Source: Laetmonice hystrix (lineage: Eukaryota). Taken from it: a stretch of DNA of 64,000 nucleotides. Shown piece after piece: positions 10,601-18,876 of the stretch. The notes beneath the pieces were generated by a model. It ran no database searches. It worked only from the letters and a program-made list of their open reading frames with translations, and had not been told where the DNA came from. Each line of letters starts with the position of its first letter. Position 1 is the stretch's first letter. The position numbers and the translations under genes are program-made. The stretch spans positions 15,500,001-15,564,000 of the forward strand of contig OZ249437.1 in the NCBI GenBank assembly GCA_965235115.1, read 5' to 3'.

Positions 10601-13600
10601 ATTCTAGTACAGAGTGTGTCGAGTGAAAGTTTCCAATTTTTCGCAGTGGTTGTCTGATCAACGGGGTAGGTCAAGAGTGCAAAGTAATTAGATGAGGTGT
10701 GAAGTGCGGTAGAACAGAGCGGTCAGTGAGCTGACCACATCGCCGGTCATCAAAGACATCTAGTGTGGGAGAGTTACATCCTAGCGGCAGGACGGCTCTG
10801 ATGAGGAGCATCCCTTGGAAATGTTTATGAGGGGAGAGTTGGATAGCTAACAAGGGTTGGTGTGTGGTGTGTGTATTATCGCTGGCTATTGATGGTGTTA
10901 ATGGGTGTACTTATGTGTCGGTTAGGAGGTGCCAGGTTTCTGCAGAAACAAGATATGATAGGTGAAGACGGATAGGCAAGTGCCTTTGTAAATTTAATGT
11001 GTAAAGTGAATATTCGTTGAGGATACAGGACAAAGGTCCTGGGGTATATAGGCCGCTACTTGGCCAGAAAGATGATGTTGTGCGCTGATATACGTTTCCT
11101 AGAGTTGAGCGGTTACTCCAGGTTTGTTTTTTTTATTGTTATTTTTGATTGTCCTATTTGGATATAGCTACGTGAAGATGGGTCATACAACTCATAGGTC
11201 GCTCCTATGGACTAAGCCAGTTTTTGTCCTTGTAGTTGATCACGGAAATATTTTATATTCTATGTCAGTGGGTGTGATCCCTGTTTTAACCAGGACCAGT
11301 TAGAATAAGTCAAGGGACTTATTTCAGTGACAGTTTCCCTGTTAGGTAGGGTTACTGAGTACATACACATGTACATGTATTTGGTGGACAGTGCTATGGC
11401 GGCAAGCACATTATGTATTTCAGTTGTTTGAATTAGTCTTTTAGGTGTGATTATTTCTCACATGTATTCATTGTGTTTATGGGAGGTTGAGGCTATTCGA
11501 CCACCAGTTTTTGCATATGACTTGAGTGCTATTACAAAGCCCCATGTGGAGCGAAGCATTAAGGGAAGTTTATAGTTTCAAAACAGTTATTATTGGAGTT
11601 TGTAGTATGACGTAATATGGTCGGTAGGAAACTCCGCGGGACACAGATTCCAGCTATGTATGATGGGTAGTTAGGTAGTTTTGTATTACTAACTAGTTGA
11701 GTGGAGACTAGAAGAAGGGTGTTTTGTCTGCTGGCCATGCCCAGTTAGGTGCCATGAGGGGGCCAGCGTGGTGGCACCGCCACCCTCCCCGTGGCCAGGC
11801 CCCGGCAGGGGGTCGTCCTTCAGCGCACAGGACGGACTGCGGCAAGTCCCCTTGATCTGTTGATCTGCCGCCACCATTGGACGCTATCACTCTGGCGGTC
11901 AACACCATTTAGGGCAGCATACAGGGGTAGCATCGGGCAGGCCGCCCCACACCGCTGACCAACGGAGGACAGGAGGACGGGGAGGCCGCCTCACACCGCC
12001 GACCAACGGAGGACAGGAGGACAGGCGCTGAGGCAGCGCCATTGGAGTGCCTAGGGCACGGTGATTGTGCCCCGTGTGGCATCAGGCCGACGGGATGGTG
12101 GTGACGGCTGGCGCCTGAGGACCAGGGACCGCCGGGCAACAGGCACATGAGGGCGCGTGCAGACGTGTAGGGCGGAGGTCGGAGAGCGATGGCAGCCGGG
12201 AGGTTCAACAATTACTTCCAACCGCATCTCAAGCTTTGTAAGGTAAAGTGTATTGGCTCCAACGCTGGAGGGGGCAGAGTAGATTAGCACCCTGCCCCAG
12301 TAGCTATTGTATTTTGTTTGAGCCACATGTGTTTAACTTTAAAGCAGACCGTCAGGACTATTTGTGTTAATGTGTTTTATTTACAGGCCCCAACGCTGGA
12401 GACTGAGGCAGACTAGCCCCTTAGTCGTTATTTTAATTTTCTGGGCCGGTGTTAGATTGACAGGATGTAATTATTGTGTTAACGTATTTTGTTTTACAGG
12501 CCCCAACGCTGGAGACTGAGGCAGACTAGCCCCTTAGTCGTTATTTTTAATTTTCTGGGCCAGTGTTAAAGTAGAGTTTTGTCGTGTGACCCCACCGCTG
12601 GAGAGGGAGAGGCAGATCAGCCCCTCTCCCCATCGTTTACTTTTCCTTGGGTCAGTTATTAAAGCAGGTGTTAGGCCAAGGAGTTCTTTTTACAGTACTT
12701 TTGTAGGTATACTTTTGTGAGTGTTTTTAAGCATACTTTTGTAAGTATACTTTTGTGAGTGTTTTTAAGCGTACTTTTGTAAGTATACTTTTGTCAGTCA
12801 ACGTTCTTGTTGACCTTAGCTTTGATTGTACTCCCGTTTATGTAGTTCCCTCCTTGCCTTAAACTCGAGGACGAGTTTTTACGAAGGTAGGGTGGGATGT
12901 GGCGATTTTGGGTTTGTGTGTGCATTTTTCCCTTAAGTTTATTGTAAGGCCTTACTTACTCTAGTGTATGTGCCGGTGACCGTGGTGGCCTCCCTCCCAC
13001 CGCCAGTGTCCAGACTGTGCGTGCGTGGGCGTGGCCAAGTGGGGAGCTGAGACGTCAATCTCAGGCCACTCCTGGGCGGATGCTTGCCCATTGGTCAGCC
13101 CCGCTGGCCGGGTGGAGAGGGCTGCCCCTCACTGGTCGCCGGCCTGGTAGGCTGCAGGGTCCCCCCTTTATAAGGGCCTGCACGCCCTGTATTCGGGGAG
13201 AGTGATCCACCCTCTCCGATGGGACGGCAGCCAGCACCACCACCCGCCTGAGCAGCAGTAGAGCAGCAGTAGAGCAGCAGTCGGGGAAGCAGAATAAGCG
13301 CGCAGTTGGCGGCACTGGTCTACAAGAGATTCTTCAGTTTCCAGCAGCGGGAGTGCATTCGGCAACCTGGTCCGGCTGAGGCTGGCGACTGATAGGTCAA
13401 TGCCGAGCCTCCCAACCCAGTGCTACCTTCTGCGCCGAAGACCTACCCTGCTGTTCCGCGGTGTGTGTTGCTAGCTGGCTCGCCTCCCAAAGGAGTGGCG
13501 CTCTCCCAAGAGATGTACCCCCCCCCCCCCTCTGTCTAAACCCGCTATCTTAATTTGTAAATGACGTGCACATGAAACAGGTAAGCCGCCAACCACAACG

Positions 13601-16419
13601 GGTCAGGGACCGTGAAGTGACCAATATATTTCATTATCAACTATATGCTGTGTTATGTCTCGCCTCCCCTCTTTGCCCATATTTAACACCTTAGTCCATT
13701 TTCCCCCACTCCAGCCACACCGTCTCAATCCTTTCGAGGTAAATGAACACAACGAGAAGTAAAATATCCCCGGCCCTGTACTAAAACTAACACCCACAGT
13801 CAGGGTCGCTACACCACAAATTCAATAACAATCCATTAGGAATTCCACATCAGCGGATACATCTGCATACTTCCTACCGACTGTTGCCTTTAGCCACCTC
13901 ATAAAACGGTTAATGCACATTTAGGATGACGGACATCAGTACCATACATGTTTAGAAACTTGCCTTGCTAGTCATGTTGTCCAGGTAAGGCTTGTGGGTT
14001 ATATTGGCGATCATCAAAGATACCATACCCTGGTCTGCCAAATCCTGAAAACCAAATGAATCGTTAACAAGTGCAGTGCGGGGAGTGCATGAAGCAAGGT
14101 TTATAAAACCAAGAAGAACATGATTGGAGGTTGACGTGATTCAAGCATTACTTTAGCCAGTTCCTTGGAATTGTCGCTGTAGTTCCATGCAGTGTTGAGT
14201 GTATAGTAAGTCGGGAACCATACATCGTCGTTTTTAAAGATTCCCGTCTTGTTGAAGAAAACCAACATCTTCACGACGAGCCCTGCGTGAGAGGACGTCA
14301 GGGATCAGGTGATATCATTGTATGATACTTTGGTCGTCATGTTCTCAATTAGGCTAAGTACCAATAACCTTAAAAGTTCTCACTGCAATTACTTACAGGG
14401 ATAGCGAGGCGAATTTAAAACTATATGGGGGAATAGCAAGTAAAGGGCATGGTTGGATTAGCATAATAATATTATAGAGCACATGTATATACTAAGAGAT
14501 AGGTGTGGTGAGTGGGGGAGCTCCATTATTCCTATTTTTACATTCAGACTGCATTCATTTCAGGACAGGAAAGAAGTAACGTTAACATTACACTTTTGCT
14601 GACACTCACCAGCAAAGCCATCCTTGACAAGAGCTGCGGAGACCGACGTCCGATGAATCCGGTAGTTCCAGTAGGCTCTGCCAATGTTTTTCATGGCTGC
14701 ATGAGCCTCGTCATTGTCGTAGGTCTCCATCCCTTTCAACGTTGCCATCAGATTGAGGACATTCTGTACAACTGCCTCACCTTTAATGCCCTTTCTTTTA
14801 ACTCCCTCTTCCTTTTGTTCTGGTTGCGTCATGTCATTACTTTGTTCAGACGGCGTTTTGCTGCCCCTGTCAGTCTGGTCTTCACTGGCCTGATTTGATC
14901 CTGGAATATCTTTGGTTATTTGTGCTGTGATTATATCATTAGGCCTACTCTGTGTCACTGTTTCCTCGCTGAGCTTTGAGTTTGACTCTTTTGTTTCCTT
15001 TTGATCTGATGGTGGAGTTTCCCCTGGTTGTTCGTCCTGACCCGACAACCCGGTCTCCAACTGACCCACGGACGGTTGGTTAACTAACAACTCGAGGGAT
15101 TCCCCTTCTTTCTCGGGGACAGAAGGTCCTTCTGCCGGATCATCCCGCTCTGGAAACACCTTACCCTCTTCCTTGTCCAGCACAGTTTCTTCAACCTCAT
15201 TCTTAATGATCGCTGTGGACCTAAGCTTCTCGTCTGACTGCCTTACTGTGTCGGTTCTGTCTTCACTACTCTGACCAGATGCTGGCCTGTTTTCGGATTT
15301 AGTTTTGGGAGACGATGGGGCTTCTTCCGCTTTACTAAGAGGAGATGTAGACCTCTCTTCACCTTGGGAAGGTATTGACGCGTTTTGTGCTCCAGAAGGC
15401 CTTTCCTCATTTTCGCTGGGTAAAGAAAACGGCTTGTTTTCATCCTCTGCAGACGACGGTCTTTCATCTGGTTTGATACTAGCAGACGGCGGTCTCTCCC
15501 TGGTTTGGATACTAGCAGGCAACGGTCTCTCCCCGGTTTGGATACTAGCAGACGACGGTCTCTCCCCGGTTTGGATACTAGCAGACGATGGTCTCTCCCC
15601 AGTTTTGATGCTGGCAGACGACGGTCTCTCCCCGGTTTTGATGCTAGCAGACGACGGTCTGTCCCCGGTTTTGATGCTAGCGGACGACGCTCTCTCCCCG
15701 GTTTGGATACTAGCAGACGACGGTCTCTCCCCGGTTTGAATACTAGCAGACGACGGTCTCTCCCCGGTTTCGATGCTAGTAGACGACAGTCGTCTATCTG
15801 TTTTCTCACTCGCAGACAACGGTCTGTCATCAGCTTTACCGTTCGCAGACGGTGGCCTGTGTTCTGTTTTACGAACTGCCGAGGAGGGCCTTCCTTCAGC
15901 GTTACTCTGTGCAGACGACGATCTTTCTTCGGTTTTCCTTACGACAGATGAAGGCCTTTCTTGTGAAGGGGACGCCCGTCCGTTCCGTAACTTCTGTCCC
16001 GATGAAGGTCGTTCACTTTTTGAGGATGGTCGATCTCCTCTCCGCCCCCCGCTGCCTGAACCGGAACTAGACCCGGAAGAGGGCCTCCTGAGACGCCTAG
16101 CTGTGGAAGGAGCACGCTCCCCCTTGGACACAGGCGGCGGACCTTCAGGTTGCAGGTCAGACGGACTTTCACCCTTTTCAACTATTTTCTCAACTGTGGC
16201 TTCTCTATGGGTACCTTGTGCCTCTGGATCAAAGTTTCTAGATTTAGTCTGCTCTGTGTCTTGCCTGTCTTCATTCTTTATACCACTGACATTGTGGTCG
16301 GGCTCTATAGGTGTTTCAGTTACCAAGGACACCAGTTCGCGGGAAACAGGGGCAGAAACTAACTCTTGGAGTTTCTCTCCCAGTGTAGCTGGTATTATTT
16401 GCTGATCACAAACATTCAT
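1618..16419 (-). CDS. Armadillo/HEAT-repeat protein with long disordered N-terminus (3' end not located; resembles ARM+TIR innate-immunity family of invertebrates)
   Basis: Manually spliced exons with consistent phases and AG/GT(GC) ends: 16419-14610, 14282-14152, 14044-13964 (GC donor AAG|GCAAGT), 3009-2911, 2801-2693, 2580-2444, 1879-1618 (876 codons). Peptides: GLVVKMLVFF...TLNTAWNYSDNSKELAK, DLADQGMVSLMIANITHKPYL, NVGYVIKSSLSILQNMSK, GFTPTELVECLFRMAANDNNKMK, IVDEGALPLLVRML...AAAQCLWTLAF...VKGTLWKL (ARM-like helices). In-frame TAA upstream of ATG 16419 supports that start. No TIR exon is visible in the window, so TIR is inference. Confidence 0.8.
3190..4099 (+). repeat. 5' LTR (910 bp)
   Basis: Begins tgtggcgattttggg and ends gggtcgctaca; TATA-like TTTATAAG at 3455-3462. 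Confidence 0.95.
4107..4126 (+). promoter_or_regulatory. Primer-binding site, tRNA-His type
   Basis: TGGTGCGCGTGACCAGGATT, 7 nt after the LTR. It matches the complement of the invertebrate tRNA-His(GUG) 3' end as I recall it (TGGTGCCGTGACCAGGATT) with one extra G. Confidence 0.7.
4161..5883 (+). CDS. gag: Gag (frameshifted near 4647-4654), capsid-like domain plus CCHC zinc knuckle
   Basis: ATG at 4161 opens the ORF ending 4733; ORF 4651-5883 carries PLNLDKFDGKAREWEDYEEHF and CFYCQKKGHFQADC (CX2CX4HX4C). Removing one GTGG of the GTGGGTGG duplication fuses them into 572 aa. A 33-bp repeat x3 (QSPSSPHRRNA) lies at about 4418-4520. Confidence 0.88.
5874..5915 (+). promoter_or_regulatory. Putative -1 programmed ribosomal frameshift signal (gag-pol)
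   Basis: G_GGA_AAC heptamer in gag phase (5874-5880) directly before the gag TAA; 9-bp stem GCTGGCTTG/CAAGCCAGC (5889-5897/5906-5914) 8 nt downstream; pol is in the -1 frame. Confidence 0.8.
5877..9954 (+). CDS. pol: Pol polyprotein (protease, RT, RNase H, integrase) with a +1 frameshift at the C7 run 8949-8955
   Basis: Protease MLVDTGSS; RT MPFGLANAPATFQR and FLDD; RNase H ILDVDAS/ELLAVV/RTDH; integrase HHCC (HNNKTGGH...CAKCEVC) in ORF 5895-9017. The DDE core (SIDILG, HSDQG, QVERFNRTL) and GPY motif are in ORF 8893-9954. Confidence 0.92.
12254..12654 (+). ncRNA. Four copies of an unassigned structured cis-RNA motif in the retrotransposon 3' region
   Basis: Copies at 12254-12325, 12386-12447, 12499-12561 and 12587-12654, with covarying outer and inner stems, a conserved CA(A/C)CGCTGGAG junction and an AGAYYA loop (see findings). 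Function is unknown. Confidence 0.65.
12883..12897 (+). promoter_or_regulatory. Polypurine tract
   Basis: gaaggtagggtggga immediately precedes the TG of the 3' LTR. Confidence 0.85.
12898..13813 (+). repeat. 3' LTR (916 bp)
   Basis: Copy of the 5' LTR. Differences I could see: a TTAC duplication, C13 versus C11 run, and one A/C substitution (cacacgcc versus cacccgcc). Confidence 0.95.
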
Positions 16420-16740
16420 TTTGACGTTGCTTGTTTATTCTTTTGCCCTTTGTCTAGAAACCCTAAGAAGAAAGGAAGAAGAAAAAAAACCTTGAAATAT
16501 GTGTAGCTGTTTTACTGTTGTAGCAGAGTCTTTCAATCTTCATGTCTAATGTGGGGTGTGGGTAAAGTTAACCAGAGTGGGCGCAAACAGTATTATAAGA
16601 GCTTCCGAAGTTTGAGGAGTGATGTTTTGAAGGGCAATAACATGGCAATAAATGACAACAATATTTATTAACATGAGAAAATCACCACCTTGACAGGCCA
16701 TAAAATAACACTATTATGGAATCCAGTGACAACACTGCTG

Positions 16741-17324
16741 GGCCCGGTTTCTCGAAGCATCTCAAGGATTTTTGAGAACGTATGCTCAACTGGCGTGCTC
16801 AATGGCGTACTCAGCGGTTCTTAACCGTTTCTCCAAGCATCTCAGGCTTGAGAACCCGTTCTCAACTCTAGACAATGCAAGATTCTATTACGTCACTGAT
16901 GACAATGAACGACGTCACTGACGACAATGAACGACGTCACTGGTGACAATAGATTACGTCACAATAACAATAAGTGTGTCAAGTTGTTTGAGCGATTGTC
17001 TGCTGGCGCGTATTTTTATACACGACTTGCAAATGTTCCTGCCGACTTTTGCGGTCGTTTTTTCGCATTATTATTTCACAAAGACACTCATGAAGGGCAA
17101 AGTTAGGAAAGGAAGGAAGATGGCTGCTAACTGGAGTGTGGAAGATGAGTTAATTTTAATTTTAGATGATGGTGCTCAGAGTTGAGCATGCTATGGTAGC
17201 ATGCTCAGAATCAGGCCGTTGAGCACATGCTTAAGTACGTGAAAAAGTTTCGAGAAACGCCTCCGTGCTCAATTTGAGCATAAGGTACTTAAGTACGCCT
17301 TGAGATGTTTCGAGAAACCGGGCC
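16741..17324. mobile_element. Non-autonomous PIF/Harbinger-like MITE
   Basis: TIRs GGCCCGGTTTCTCGAAGCATCTCAAGG / CCTTGAGATGTTTCGAGAAACCGGGCC; CTG TSD at 16738-16740 and 17325-17327; internal 22-bp repeat gacgtcactgacgacaatgaac. No ORF. Confidence 0.8.
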
Positions 17325-17682
17325 CTGGTGTACAGGTTCATTTTGGCAGATCATAACAATAATCGTGCCAACACTGTATCAATTATTTAAAACACTACTA
17401 CCATATTCTACTATATTGGTAGTACATAAACTATCACACAAACTGAGGCGGACACCACTGTTAATAGCATAGCGATAATTTATATATTTCTAGGGAGGGG
17501 GTGTGTAAATTAAGGCGTCGGGGAGCTTAGAACATTGGGACATTGTGATGAAGTCACAAGGAGTCGTTACCAAGAGTCAATGAAAGAGTGCAGAGTAAAA
17601 TATGGGGCTACTCAGTTTACATGGCCTCAGAGGTAGCAAGGGGGTGCTAGGTGTGAGGCGGGGTGTGAGGCGGAGCAGTGCG

Positions 17683-17915
17683 GGTGTGGGTAGGAGGGGT
17701 GTGGGCAGGAGGGGTGTGGACAGGAGGCCAGGGTGTGGGCAGGAGGGGTGTGGACAGGAGGGATGTGGGCAGGACTGGTGTGGACAGAAGGGTATGGGCA
17801 GGAGGGGTGTGGACAGGAGGGGTGTGGGTAGGAGGGGTGTGGACAGGGCAGTTGATGTGGACAGGGGGTGTGCGGGTAGCTATAGGAGGGGTGTGGACAG
17901 AAGGGTGTGGACAGT
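17683..17915. repeat. G-rich 15-bp minisatellite
   Basis: Degenerate gtgtgg(a/g)caggaggg units. Confidence 0.8.
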
Positions 17916-18401
17916 GTGAATCCCTAGCTGCCAGGGGAGTTCGGGGGTATGCCCTCTGGAAATTTGGTTTAAACTAAGAGTAAAATGGTGCATTCTGGAC
18001 ACATTTGACATCATATGAAAAATAGGCCTAAAAATCCCTTATTGCATATTATTGGTCGGGCCTGCACGAATTTATCCCTACCCTACAATGACCACTGGTT
18101 ACGGTAGGCCTAGAGCTAGACCTATACTATAGATCTACTGCCTGGCGACAATATTTTTTGTATGCCTACCGCCAGTCCGTCGGTCTACTGGGAGTGGAAC
18201 CATCAATCATGCATGATGAATGGATTAGGACTCAAATCAATGCCAAGTGGCTGCATCAGTGCATGCTCGGTTGTTGTGAATGAAAATATCGGTCACTGCT
18301 ACCAACCAGGCATAGATCTAGGCCTATCGGCTGGCATTAAGAGTGAGTGAAGTTTTAACGAAGCACACAGTAAGTGCCACCCTACAATAACCTAACTTAC
18401 C

Positions 18402-18876
18402 TTGCTAACAGCAGTGTTTCTCCGGTGGGACCCCCGCATACATGTCACTCGCCCACGTCCCGACCGACACACACCGTTGTGAATGTAAACAACGTGTTGA
18501 CAACATGAACTCCCCAGTCGGGTTCCCGGTCCCATGAAGGGATTCCCCCGACCTTCGGAATCCCCCCCCCCCCCCCTCTCTGGTACTCTCCAAACTACAT
18601 GTAACGAGAAGCATTCTAGCTACTGGATTAAGATGTTAAAATTCTAACAAACACTTTATAGTTATGGACACATCCATATCGCTAACCGATTTTGAGTTTC
18701 ATATTAAATATTATTGGATACAACCCGAAAATAATCAGGTGAGCTAAGCTTTAAATTTCGAGATTATCTCGACTTTGTCCCCCCCCTCGCCCGCCCCCCC
18801 ATCCATCACACAGTGGACTTTGATTTGCCGCCGAATGCAAAGCGTGGACGCAGGGCTTTGAGAAAGTTGCCTAAAG
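18402..18876. promoter_or_regulatory. Putative bidirectional promoter / 5' UTR region shared by DHFR and the ARM gene
   Basis: Perfect minus-strand donor AAG|GTAAGT at 18401/18400 and acceptor at 16463 define a 5' UTR intron of the ARM gene; the DHFR ATG is at 18877 on the plus strand; the interval is CpG-rich. Confidence 0.45.

Larger units (their letters stand above)
3190..13813 (+). mobile_element. Full-length Ty3/Gypsy LTR retrotransposon
   Basis: TG...CA LTRs at 3190-4099 and 12898-13813; 4-bp TSD CCAC at 3186-3189 and 13814-13817; PBS, gag, PR-RT-RNaseH-IN order (Gypsy-type), PPT. Confidence 0.97.

Noticed and set aside
10798-10821. CTGATGAG...GAAA resembling a hammerhead ribozyme core
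   Set aside because: No stem II closure (G opposite G before GAAA) and no supporting stems I/III found.
11689-12326. Short antisense ORFs as env or accessory gene of the retrotransposon
   Set aside because: All are 100 aa or less, with no signal peptide, TM segment or recognisable motif; explained by high GC.
12254-12654. Assigning the four-copy motif to HDV-like ribozymes (shared CGCTGG) or H/ACA RNAs (AGAYYA fits ANANNA)
   Set aside because: No HDV J4/2 or P1.1 elements, and the ANANNA lies in a hairpin loop rather than a hinge; left unassigned.
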